Shown piece after piece: positions 1-12,912 of a stretch of 64,000 nucleotides of DNA. A model generated the notes under the pieces. That model saw only the letters and a list, made by a program, of their open reading frames with translations. It was not told where the DNA came from and ran no database searches. The DNA lies in the NCBI RefSeq assembly GCF_947568905.1, contig NC_079167.1:67270001-67334000 (forward strand), written 5' to 3'. Each line of letters opens with the position of its first letter. Position 1 is the first letter of the stretch. The translations under genes were made by a program, and so were the position numbers. Origin of the DNA: Ostrea edulis (Eukaryota).

Positions 1-547
1 TTGAATTTAAGTGCAAAAATTGTATATTTCATGAAATGTGACTCAAAATGTACTTGAGAATTTGCAATTCCTTACACCTGTAGATGTAGATAGGAAAAAT
101 ATACCTTACAAAAATAAAGTTAATTGCTTTTTTCTATTGTGCATGTTATGCATTCTCAAGAAAGATTAAGTCCCCCCAGTAATTTTATCATGCTCTTAAA
201 GCAGATCAGTAATCTAGACATTGTTGCCTCAGATTGAAATCAATCACACAAATGTGGTATGTATCAGCAGGAAATCAGCAGTAGATATATTTCAAATAAA
301 CAAACCTGTTTTATTTCAGAAATGAATTTCCGTTTTGAAAATACATGAGGGTATTTAGAACTGTAATGCTGTGAGGCATACTTCATGAAAAGTATGCTGT
401 CGTGAAGCATTGCAGTTCATGCTCTCATGTATTTTTAAAAATGAAAACTATTTCTTATATTTACATTCTACTTTCATATCTGTTGGTATTTTCAGTCATT
501 AAAATAGATTTAATTTATCATGTACTTCTGTATTCATACACACATTG

Positions 548-1191
548 TTATACCCCCCGAACGAAGATCTGGAGGGTATATAGGAATCACTCTGTCTGTC
601 TGTGCAGATTCGTGTATGGGCCATAACTTCTTTGTTCTTTGACTTAGGCATACCATATTTGGCACACAGGTAGATCACCATGAGACGATGTGTCGAGTAC
701 CTTCATGACCTCCATATGACCTTGACCTCAAGGTCAAAATTAAAGGTTTTTACAATGGATTCGTGTCGGGGCCATGACTTCTTTGTTCTTTGACATAGGC
801 ATATCATATTTGACACATGAGTGTATCACCATGAGACGCTGTGTCTAGTATATTCATGACCTCTATATGACCTTGAACTTTGACATCAAGGTCAAAATTG
901 ATTATAGGGTTTTGACATAGTTATACCATAAGACATGGGTGTATTACCATGAGACTATGTGTCATGTACATTCATGACCTCTTTATGACCTTGACCTTTG
1001 ATCTCAAGGTCAAAATTATAGGTTTATGCCATGGATTTGTGTTCGGACTATATCTTCCATTTTCTTCTACAAAGGCATACCATATTTTGACACTCAGGAA
1101 AGAGGTAATTTATACCTATTAACAACACCCTTTGGGAGATTGGGGTAAGCGGGGGGTATTCTTAGTGAACATTGCTCACAGTACATCTTGT
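548..1191 (+). mobile_element. HINE (Helentron-associated non-autonomous element, CvA/pearl-like)
   Basis: TT-flanked; 5' tataccccc..gagggtata inverted repeat, (GTCT)n microsatellite, about 3 tandem ~150-bp core repeats, 3' palindrome gtgaacattgctcac and terminal cttgtt. Its 3' ~110 bp are shared with 24098-24675. Confidence 0.8.
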
Positions 1192-1410
1192 TTACAACTT
1201 CAGCACATTCATGATAAAATACCTTATCGTTACAATTTGCGCAGATATCAAAGGCAGAAACACTGGGAATGTAAGTATACTGAATTGAACCTTCAGGTCT
1301 ACAAAGACTGCTAGTGAGACTTGAAAGGAAGACTTGTAGCAGACCCTTGTGTGACTGGTTTTGTAAAATTGCATTCTTTAGGATATGTATCACTAACATC
1401 TTTATTTCAG

Positions 1411-1539
1411 AATCGTCCTCTAAATGTTGAATATTTGACTATGGATGCCTCTATCCTGCTACCCCCTACTGGGACACCCCTAACAGGAATTGACTTCAAC
1501 AAGAGATTACCCTGTGGAGAAGTGGAGCGATCCAGAAGG
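1411..1539 (+). CDS. CLEC16A: CLEC16A orthologue, internal exon (first in window): NRPLNVEYLTMDASILLPPTGTPLTGIDFNKRLPCGEVERSRR
   Basis: tttatttcag acceptor, AGG|gtaaat donor, 129 nt, phase 0-0. Near-identical to the recalled human CLEC16A segment KPMNVEYLMMDASILLPPTGTPLTGIDFVKRLPCGDVEKTRR. Upstream exons lie outside the window. Confidence 0.95.
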
Positions 1540-2252
1540 GTAAATAGATATTATTTCCTGTATGTACTGAAGCATTATATTTATATAATGAGCCTACAGC
1601 ATAAATCCAAGGATTTATAATTTTGTGGACTAAAGCATGTCTACTGTCCTGAAGATAAGGTTACAGTTATATATTACCCATTACATGTAGTCAAGGACAA
1701 AGCTGGCAGAGGTTGTGTCCAATTCAACCACGGTTATTGCAGCGATCTAAGAAATGCCGTGTCTATTGTTCTCCAATATATACCGAATATTCAATAGATT
1801 ACCAGAACAGTGATACATATTAAACTTCCGCAAGAAAAATAAACATGTAATACTTGTTGAGGCCATGTCAGTTTCTTGTCTTTGACTCAATTAGACATGT
1901 ATTGCCTTAACCCTTTCCTTAATTCATAGAATATAAATATTACACAACCTGATTTGCGTGGAAATTTGTGCACAATTACTTGATTTAATGAATTTGATAA
2001 TTGATACACAACTTGTCAAAGAAAGACAGTGGGAATATCAAATTTGCAGGAAATCATTATCAGGTTCCTTTCCTTAAATAGTTTATAAATTTGGTAGAAG
2101 AAATTGAAAAATCTTGGTTTTCATGGCAATATATTTCTTAATTTTTCTTCAAAAGCTTATTTTCCAGAATATCACAGCATATAGACACTTACAGTGTATA
2201 AATTAAATTAATTTTCATGCAATACTGATTCATTTTGAGACAGTATTCTTAA

Positions 2253-2765
2253 AGGGACTGATTCACGATTTTCCCCAAAATTTTGTTTTCCACTTTTAAT
2301 GATCAAAATCTACTGTTTAATGTGTTTAAAAGATTTCACATCAAAATTAAGGTTAGACATTATCACGGAAGCTCATTTAGAGAGTTTATTTGTTTTGTAA
2401 ACAAAGATTGCGGTTTGTTATTGTTTACGAAATTTTCAAAAGAAATGGATATCGATCTAAGTTTTATTATATCTTTCGCATTTCAAGCATCTTGGGGGTA
2501 AAATATGTCATCTAAAAGTTAAAATTTGTGACTATGCAAAATTAAGATGCTTTATATTACAAAGTAAATATTTCACTTGTTTGTTTGTATACATAAAAAG
2601 ACTCTAGTCTTTGTTTACATAACACAGATTTAAGGCTAAAATATTGGTTTTATTCTTGCATTCAGAAGGTTAAGATTTTGGCTGTCAACATTAAATGAGT
2701 TATATTTTTAATGTTTAACATCGAAAATGAAAAATATTTTTATCAAAAATCGTGAACAAGTCCCT
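2253..2765. mobile_element. Kolobok-type MITE
   Basis: TIRs AGGGACTGATTCACGATTT / AAATCGTGAACAAGTCCCT, flanked by TTAA and TTGA (decayed TTAA TSD). RR..YY termini with a TTAA target fit Kolobok rather than piggyBac. Confidence 0.7.
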
Positions 2766-3566
2766 TTGATATAAAAAGGTATTTTAATTTTTTTAAATAA
2801 AATACATGGAATACATGTATAAATGTTGTATTTTCCTTTAAAGTGTTCTGTGTTTTCCTCCATTCAAAATGTTGCTAAAAATATCATAATCAAACAGTTT
2901 TTAAAATATTTGAAAAATAATTATTGTCATAAAATCTTAAATAAAAGTCATTTGATCTGTAAATCAATTTCTATGTCACATTCCATGTATGCATCAGTAA
3001 AATTGATAACTCTAAATGTAATGTTACATGCACAATTGCAAATATAATATAATACACTGTACTTTGTACAACACAAAATGAAATCATATTTAGTCATTTA
3101 TCAACATAATGCTTCCAGTCTCTTCACATCCTTGCACATTCCTCTGAATATCCTGTTTTGATTGTTCATGTTTTGACTTTAAATTATTATAAGAGATTGA
3201 TGCCTGATAATAAAAAAAAAAGCTATCAGTAAATTCAAATAGCTTGGGGTTGATGGTCATTGGGGGTTGGGTGGGTAAAGAGTCTCACAGGTTTTGTTGT
3301 TCAACATTGATAATAAATTATCCCTAAAAGTACACACTGTACTTGGAACTTTCTGCTATTGGTACTTGAAAACAGAACAAACATGTTATTTACAGTGATG
3401 CAAATTAAATAATTGTAGTGTGTGACTGCCCATCTTCCCCCCAACTATTTTAACAGTAGTAGTGAATGAGAGGAATGTAAGCTTAAAAGTTATGAATAAA
3501 AACTATTTAGCAAAGTATTGAGCATTTATAGTAAAATATTAAGAAAATGAATTTAAGAATTTAAGA

Positions 3567-3924
3567 AAATGAAGTAAGTGAAAAATATTATACCAAGTGT
3601 GGAAGTTTAAACTGGAGGGGTGGACCTTGTCGGTACATACCTTTCTTTTCCTCCCAGCATTGCTATTGGTCAAAAACGCATATTTCTGTGCAGTTTCAGT
3701 TTTAAAATTGTAATAGGTTTAACCCCTCTGAAGAAGTCTGGCTCCACTCACATGTAGATTTTAAGTCTACTACAAGGGAGATTTGGTTAGGTAGGTAATT
3801 GGGATGCAGTATTTGATAGGTCATTCTTTTCTTAGATAAGCAAGGTTAGTTAACTATAACTTGACAGTTATTTTGATATTAACTCTTACAACTGTATAGC
3901 GTTAAGTAGATATTAACTGTCAGT
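3567..3924 (+). repeat. Left arm of a 358-bp inverted duplication
   Basis: Reverse complement of 7548-7905 with about 4 substitutions seen by eye. Confidence 0.92.
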
Positions 3925-6900
3925 TATAGTTAACTAACTTTTGTGTAACTGGGTCTAGGCTAGCAGTCAGAGTAATACAAGTAAAAATATAGATCTGCTC
4001 TTCAATTTTAACCACAAGACTAAGCTATAAAAACAATTGTTTCAAGATTTGGAAGTTCACTATTTATCATTTATAGGTAATCATTATATGACGTACAGTA
4101 CTTTAACATTAATATATATAGTGCATTTCTTCGACAATTTATAGTATAAAAAGTTTAATGTAATCACAAAATCAAGCAAAACACTACATCAATATTTACA
4201 ACAAAACATGTCTCGTGATTTAGAAGTTCATTATATACAAGTAATGTAGAGTACATTTAATGCAAACACATCATGTAGTCTTTTTGTGATGGGTTTCTTT
4301 GCTCCAAATGTATGCATTATGAATGAAATGAGAATAAAGCATTATGAATTTCAGGAAAGTTGTTGGTTATGTTTCACCTGCATATTTGTAAAATTTCTCA
4401 GGAGATTTTCTGAAAATTTGAGACATTAATGTAAGAAGAAGACATTCCATATAATTTATCACAAAGCAATAAAATTGAAAAAAAGGTGTTTTGAAGCAAA
4501 TGTTCATTGGAACATTCTAGAATAAAGTTGTTTCCCTTTGATCACATTAGATTCATATAGTGAGTGCCATGTTGGGGCATTACAATTTTTTAAAAAAGAG
4601 ATATTATCCCTCTTCCAAATCAGAGCCACATAAATTTCTCAGCAGTGATGAAAATTAAACTAAAAATTCATAACCAATGTTGAATATTTTTTTCAGTGGA
4701 GCATGATTTTGAATATTTTTGTTAGAAATAATACAGTAAATGATTCACAATTGTGGTTTTCAAAGAAAATAAGTGAAGAAGCGATACAGAAGTGGGTATA
4801 TTGCTGAAACAATTCCGGTTCATTTCAGAGCCTTTCACCTTTGAAAATACTAGAAATTAGTTTTAGCAGGAACTTTCACCCTTGAGTCCTCCGACAGCTC
4901 GCAGGGATTGTGTGACTTTTTGACTTTCGTATCATACCATAAAGGGACCACAACAACAACACACACACCAAAATATAAACATAGATTAACCCCTTCTCAA
5001 GCACAGATTCTCAAGAAGATAAAGGAAGTGGAATAAAAACAAATTGAAATTCTTAGGTTGTTTTTTAAATAGACATGATGGTGTAACACTGCGCACTAGA
5101 CCTATGAAGTACAGACTTTTCCTGATAACTGGAAATGCAGTGATAGCATGTTTAAAATCAATTTTTGAAGAAAAAGTGCAAATTCAACCCAAGGCTGTAG
5201 CAAGCTTAACTATACAGTAATTTCTAGAAAGCTAATCCTATATCAATAGTAAAAAGAAAATAGAATTCTCAGAAACGATGAGTTCCCAAGAGCATATTGT
5301 GAGGCTGAAAATGCTATTTTTCTATGTGAATGAAACAGTTCAGTAATCAATTAATGTATGGTATAGATTTTTTCCTGCTGTTTCATGACACTTTGAAGTG
5401 TTGTTGGATGTAAACTGAAAGCATGTACAGATTAGGATAATGCACCATTGTGTGTAGAATTACTGATGTAGTAGCACATTGTTATTTTCGTGAATTTAAT
5501 GAACAGTGTTATTATAAAATTAGAAAGTGCACAAAGTGGACCAGTAATATTATGTAATGCTCTAGAGTTTTAAATGCGTAAAGAGTATCCTATTTCTGCC
5601 TTTCATCAGATTTGGTTTGTCTGGGAACAATTCCAAGAGACTCCTATAATAACTTTCTTTTTACCAATTCTTGGAATTTAACTAGATCAATTGTGGGTTA
5701 CTGGGTCAGTTCCTGAAGTAGTGCAAAACTGGAAGTAGCTAGGTGATATCAGAAGTTAGATTATAAGTTTCACTTCCATATTGGAATTAAAGATAACCGA
5801 CTCACCAAAAGGATTTCCTAATTGATTGCAAATGCTTGTAAAATGATTCTGCTTATGTGTGAAGAATGTATTAAGAATTTTTTCTGATTTTGAGATTGTT
5901 GCCTTACTATCTCAAACAAAGAATTCACACACAGACCAATTGTCTATTCAAATCTTGCTCATTGTGTTACTATTTTTCTAAATTCACAAGTGTGCACTTT
6001 TATATTATTTAAAACACATTTGGCAGAATTTGTAATGAATTTTTAGCTTTATCACTATTATGCCCATAAAGAATTGCAGTTTATATAAGTAAAGAAGGAG
6101 AAGAAAAAATAATTCTTTGGACTAATGACAATACAAATCTCTTACATGGATGCATTATAGCTGTGAAATATATCAGATTAACACCGTTTGATCAGAACAG
6201 CTTAGTCTAACTCAAAGTCTGTGTGTAAAATAATGACTTTAGCCAACCTCTCCCCCCCACCCTGATATGTCAAAAAAACTTGCAGATAATTGTTAACACC
6301 TGCCACTACCTTCAATAACTTAGCTGTACTGTACATGGCCATCAACATTGTTTTCATTGATACCTGTGAGTAGATCTAATTTTAATTAGATTGTTAATTT
6401 CTCTGTTGTTACATGTGGGCGATTCTACTAGACAATTTCAAAGACATTTTTTAAGGATTGTATTCAAGCTATTATCACAATTACCTATATTTACCTGTTT
6501 TCATGGCAGGTGCTAAATTTAGATTCATTACAGTTCACCAGACAGACCAATTACATGTAATTATGGTTTCTAATTCCTAATTGTTGTCATTGGGGGATTT
6601 ATAATTTGACCCTTTGTACCTGAAAATGAGTGGTGGATGGCAATAGGCGAGTTTGGCGTTATATTGGGGTTTTTAGCGTGTTTAGAAATCCGTTCTACAC
6701 ATTTCGATGACGGTATGTGGGGGTGGCAATATACCAAGGTGACACTGTACATACAAGTTCGAACAAAATGCCTTTATATTAGCTATTTGTAGTCACACTG
6801 TTTTCCTGGAAAATACTTCTTATATATAATGATAACAGTTAGAATTGACCACAAGTTAATCCTGTGTATTATCTCAGACATGATACTGACTAACATTGTT

Positions 6901-7186
6901 TGAAAAATCACTAAAAGGATGTGGTATTGTGAACAGTAACTATAGGGATGTATGTATGGAAGGAGACACTTGAACGTTCTTCCTGTGTGACTCTATTTTA
7001 AACAACAGCTTAAGTTTGACCTTCAAAGTTAATGGGACGGCATGCAAAACCCAGTTTTAGTACACCTTTATATCAATATTTCATTATGCCTCCAGATAAG
7101 TGACTGATTCCCAAGTATCAGCTCTGTACTCTCACCATGTTAAATCCTTGGTTGCTTCACTACAAGTTTGCAGAATTCTGATGTAC

Positions 7187-7474
7187 AAAACAATCGTTTA
7201 TCAAGCTCCTATATTGACCAAATTTGCATGGAGGAAAGGTGAAGATAACGAACAGTGATCAATCTCATAACTCCTATAAGCAGTACAAAATAGATAGTTG
7301 GGCAAACACGGACCCCAGGACACACCAGAGGTGGGATCAGGTGCCTAGGAGGAATAAGCATCCCTTGTTGACCAGTCACACCTGCCGTAAGCCCTATATC
7401 TTGATCAGGTAAAAGGAGTTATCTGTAGTCAAAATCAGTGTGCCAAGAATGGTCTAACAATCAGTATGAAACAT
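7187..7474 (-). mobile_element. 3' terminal fragment of a Penelope-like retroelement
   Basis: Contains the reverse complement of gggatgcttattcctcctaggcacctgatcccacctctggtgtgtcc..gtccgtgtttgccc, the motif that follows the PLE RT at 46768-46995. Confidence 0.65.
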
Positions 7475-7547
7475 GTGATGTATAGTTTAGCTAGTGACTT
7501 TAATCTTCAGGATAATGCTACAGGCTCTAAATTTACTAAACTTAATT

Positions 7548-7905
7548 ACTGACAGTTAATATCTACTTAACGCTATATAGTTGTAAGAGTTAATATCAAA
7601 ATAACTGTCAAGTTATAGTTAACTAACATTGCTTATCTAAGAAAAGAATGACCTATCAAATACTGCATCCCAATTACCTACCTAACCAAATCTCCCTCGT
7701 AGTAGACTTAAAATCTACATGTGAGTGGAGCCAGACTTCTTCAGAGGGGTTAAACCTATTACAATTTTAAAACTGAAACTGCACAGAAATATGCGTTTTT
7801 GACCAATAGCAATGCTGGGAGGAAAAGAAAGGGATGTACCGACAAGGTCCACCCCTCCAGTTTAAACTTCCACACTTGGTATAATATTTTTCACTTACTT
7901 CATTT
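7548..7905 (-). repeat. Right arm of the 358-bp inverted duplication
   Basis: Reverse complement of 3567-3924. No TSD at the outer ends. Confidence 0.92.
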
Positions 7906-8783
7906 GGTGCAAGGTGTTAAAGAGGCATATGGTACCAAAACAAAACACAAACCAAACAAAAATCCAATTACTTGGACATTTAATTGATAATATGTAAGTA
8001 TTTGGTACACATATATGTATAATATAGCAACAAACTCAAATTTCAAAAGCTGACACAAAGATATTTTTGAGACATCTAAACTTTTCATTTTCAAAACAAG
8101 GTATAATTTATGTGTTGCATGATTCGACAGCACTGAAGTTGATACTTCAGTGAAGAAAGCTAATTTTCAGGTCTTTTTTCTTTGTACATGTACCCTAAAT
8201 TGATTTATCATTAACTTAAGTCAAAATGTTGAATGCTTTTGACATAGTTTGGTGTTCTTATCTCCGCATGTGGTTTCTTGGCTGATATGACAAGCATTTG
8301 TTGACAGTCTTATAAAACATCTCACTGTAGATAAAAAACAAATGTTGTGATAACAAACATGATTTTGAGAGATAAATTATATATGAATATGAAGTGCACC
8401 TTGTGTATCATTTTTTTTTTTTGATCCATGTGTTTATGAAAGGTCTTAATTTCTATAACATAGAAAGGTTAATTTCAACAAATGAGAAATTGTGTCCATG
8501 CCCCTTTAATTAGATCCACACTTAAGTTTGCATTCTTTGAATTTGGTTTTGTTTAAATGCCTGAACTTCTATGTATCCATTGCAAATTAAGCTTTGGGTA
8601 TAAAAGATATCACTTAATCTATCTGTCCCACTTTGTGCCCTGGCCATGAGGTTAGGGGATTCAAATCCCGCAGTGTAAATGTGTATGTTCCCTGGCCATG
8701 AGGTTAAGGTATATAAGAATCACTTTAAACTCTCCTTCTGAGTTTGTGTGACACATTCTTTGTAATACAGGGATTGCCCCTTT

Positions 8784-9933
8784 GAGAATCATTCGCACCT
8801 ATAGAGATATCACTAGTCCATGAGAATCATTCACACCTAGAGATATCACTAGTCCGTGAGAATCATTCACACCTAGAGATATCACTAGTCCATGAGAATC
8901 ATTCACACTTGTAGAGATATCACTAGTCCATGAGAATCATTCACACCTATAGAGATATCACTACAATGAGAATCATTCACACCTATAGAGATATCACTAG
9001 TCCGTGAGAATCATTCACACCTAGAGATATCACTAGTCCATGAGAATCATTCACACCTAGAGATATCACTAGTCCATTAGAATCATTAACACCTAGAGAT
9101 ATCACTAGTCCGTGAGAATCATTCACACCTATAGAGATATCACTACAGTGAGAATCATTCACACCTATAGAGATATCACTAGTCAGTGAGAATCGTTCAC
9201 ACCTATAGAGATATCACTAGTCAGTGAGAATTGTTCACACCTATAGAGATATCACTACAGTGAGAATCATTCACACCTATAGAGATATCACGAGTCAGTG
9301 AGAATCATTCACACCTATAGAGATATCACGAGTCAGTGAGAATCATTCACACCTATAGAGATATCACTACAGTGAGAATCGTTCACACCTATAGAGATAT
9401 CACTACAGTGAGAATCGTTCACATCTATAGAGATATCATGAGTCCGTGAGAATCGTTCACACCTATAGAGATATCACGAGTCAGTGAGAATTGTTCACAC
9501 CTATAGAGATATCACTACAGTGAGAATCATTCACACCTATAGAGATATCACGAGTCAGTGAGAATCATTCACACCTATAGAGATATCACTACAGTGAGAA
9601 TCGTTCACACCTATAGAGATATCACTACAGTGAGAATCGTTCACATCTATAGAGATATCATGAGTCCGTGAGAATCGTTCACACCTATAGAGATATCACT
9701 AGTCAGTGAGAATCATTCACACCTATAGAGATATCACGAGTCCGTGAGAATCATTCACACCTATAGAGATATCACTACAGTGAGAATCATTCACACCTAT
9801 AGAGATATCACTACAGTGAGAATCGTTCACACCTATAGAGATATCACAAGTCAGTGAGAATCGTTCACACGTATAGAGATATCACGAGTCAGTGAGAATC
9901 GTTCACACCTATAGAGATATCACAAGTCAGTGA
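8784..9933. repeat. Minisatellite, 36-38 bp unit (GAGAATCATTCACACCTATAGAGATATCACTAGTCCGT), about 31 copies
   Basis: Directly visible tandem array with interspersed unit variants. Confidence 0.97.
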
Positions 9934-11454
9934 AGTTCCAGAGTTTGACCTATATGTTTGGTGTATAGGGCTATTTAGATTCATATGATAATTGTACTAA
10001 CACCTTCAGTGGCATGGTTACTTGCATCCAAAAGATCTGCAATTTTTACTTCTTAGTTCTAATGCAAAAGGATGGTCACAGCCTGTTCTAAGGACTCTGA
10101 CATTCCATAGTCAGGTATCATGTCTGGATCTTCCACACACAAAGCACGTAGTCTTCTTACCGACCTGCTACAATGATAGAAAATATATCTTACTTCACAG
10201 GCCAAAATCATTGGAGATGGATCAAAATAAAAAAGCATGCAGCTCAAATGCTCTGTTTTGAGTACCAGATGTGGAAAATACAATCAACTAAATTGTTTTG
10301 AATTGAAATTCTAGATTTTAATTGGATGAATTTTGGTCAAAAATCAATTGTAAAAGCGAGATTAAGATAAAATGTATTCAAGTAGAGCAATTAAACTTTA
10401 AGTGATATTTGATTCATCAGATGTTGATCAGTTCTTGTGACAATTGATTCTAGTGTGAACGTACCTTTATACCATGAAAATGTTTAATCTATTCATCCCT
10501 ATACAGTTAAGTGAAGGAATAATTGACTGTGTATAATTTCAGTGCCTGAATTTTTTGTATCCATATTCATATTTCTTTGAAAAACAAACCATTAATCACA
10601 TTCATAATTACTGTCACCCCTGTTCATATCAGTACATGTATGGTGTCAGTCATCGCCGGGAAATATCCATTTGTCAATCTCTTTGAGAAGAGGGACACAC
10701 AGTACATTAGTACGAGTGAAAAAATGCTTAGATTACATTTTAAGGATGTTCAAAGGTACAACAAACATGCAATTTATTTTTTTATAAATTCTAATTGTAC
10801 GTTATGTGAAAAATGTTGACAAATATGACAGGGATTGTCCCTTTAATCAGCAAAACAATCAGACTTGCATGTATATCATTGGTCCTTTTATATATCATTT
10901 TTCCCAAAGTACAAATTTTTTCCAATTTATATACTAGGATCAGTTTTCTAGCACTTTAATATTTTCCGAAAGACATTTTATTGTGTATGATTGTGACATC
11001 ATACAATTATTGACATTTTTTTTTTAGGTCAGTATGATTATATAGCCACCTGAGAAATATGATATTCACCGAGGCCAGAGGGTTATTATTTTTCATCTCG
11101 CTCTCTGTGGATATTCGTTGGTATACCCACAAAGAAATACGCAATTTGTATATTTCAATGCACAGAAACCAGATATTCACAGAATTACATCCCAACAAAA
11201 CTACAGAATCTGGACAATTCACAGAAGACTGGCTTCTGTGAATTCACAAAATTCCACTTTATTTCCCTGTTATAAGAAAAACTATACATATTCTTAACTA
11301 CTTAAAAACACTACTGTGCATTAAAATATTTTACATCTAATTTCTCTCAATCCCCTTCAAAAATTGTCATTTTATAATTTTTCATTTGTGGATTTTATTA
11401 ATGAGATCTTATACTACTTTTAATGAAAAAAGAAATACTGATGCAAGTTGGTTT

Positions 11455-12912
11455 TTTAGCTCTTCTGAGCCGAAGGCTCAAAGAGCTAATCATATGGCCA
11501 TATGTGTGGTGTGCGGTGTGCGTCAACTTTTTGGAAAAAGGGCTTTATCTCAAGAACCCCTTGGCCAAATTTTGTCAAATTTGTCACAGGGTATCCTTGG
11601 CCCAAGGGCTTTCATTTTTACTAAAACTAGGATTGTGACCCTTTAACAAGGGGAGATAATTAGGGAAATGCTAACAAAAGTAGTGGTTGCTAAAAAAATC
11701 TTCTCAAGAACCACTGGGCAAATTATCACCAAACTTATGCATAAGGATGAGGATAGGTTGTAGATAAAAAATTGTTCAAGGCATCATCCTGGGGCAAAGG
11801 GTGTTGTCTCAAGGTCACTTCAAAGTTGACCTTAAATTTTGTTTTGTTAAAACTTTGATATTTTGCTTAGTATAAGGACTAGGATCATCAAATTTTGTCA
11901 GTTGATGCATCTTAGGACCTAGTATCATGTTGTCTCAAAAGTAGGTCATGGTGACCTACTTTTTGAATTTTTCTAGGTAATTATTATTAAATGGATTTTG
12001 ATGCATATCTTGGACACTTTTGAGCCTATGATCATCAAAAGTTGTCAGTTGATGGATCATGGGACCTTGAAGTGCGTCATGTAAAAAGTATGTCACCATG
12101 ACCTACTTTCTGAATTTTATGGCTAATCATTTATGAATACATTTTAGGTTGTTATTTCAGATACCGAGAGGTTTAGAATCATCAAACCTTGTAAGTTGAT
12201 GCGTCTAGAGGCCTCAAAACATATTTATAAAAAAAAAAAAAGTAGTTCACAGTGACCTACTTTTTGAATTTTGCAGACATTCAAATTTCATATTTTCAAT
12301 TTTAGATGCATATTTTGGACACTATGAAAGCTAGGATCATCAAACTTTGTCAGTTGATGCATCTTGAGTCTTCATAGTTTGTTGACCAAAAAGTAGGTCA
12401 TCGTGACCTACTTTTGGAATTTGACGGCTATATTTGAATATTTCAGATACTATTTGACTTACAATCATCAAACTTTGTCAGTTGATGGGTCTTGAGTCTT
12501 CAGAGTGTGTCGACCAAAAAGTAGGTCACTGTGACCTACTTTTGGAATTTGACGTTTATATCTGAATATTTCAGATACTATTTGACTTCAATTATCAAAC
12601 TTTGTCAGTTGATGCATCTTGAGTCTTTGGAGTGTGTCAACCGAAAAGTAGGTCACTGTGGCCTTCTTTTGGAATTGGACAGCTATATTTGAATACTATT
12701 TGACTTGTCAGTTGATGCATCTTGAGTCTTCAGTGTGTCGACCAAAAGTAGGTCATCGTGACCTACTTTTGGACAGTTACATTTAAATTTTCCGGTACTA
12801 TTAGACTTAACATCATCAAACTTTGTTAATTGATGAATCTTGGTTAGTGAGAATTTTTGCCTGTTCTACAATGTATCAGAAGAACGATTCTAGGCCCATG
12901 GGCCTCTTGTTT
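11455..12912 (+). mobile_element. HINE with internal tandem core repeats
   Basis: 5' ttagctcttctgagccgaaggctcaaagagctaa hairpin, repeated atcatcaaactttgtcagttgatgcatct..aaaagtaggtca units, 3' ggcccatgggcc palindrome plus tcttgtt. Confidence 0.8.

Noticed and set aside
1-1410. An upstream CLEC16A exon (expected FEDEY-type motif)
   Set aside because: No open frame with that motif and proper splice sites was found, so the earlier exons must lie outside the window.
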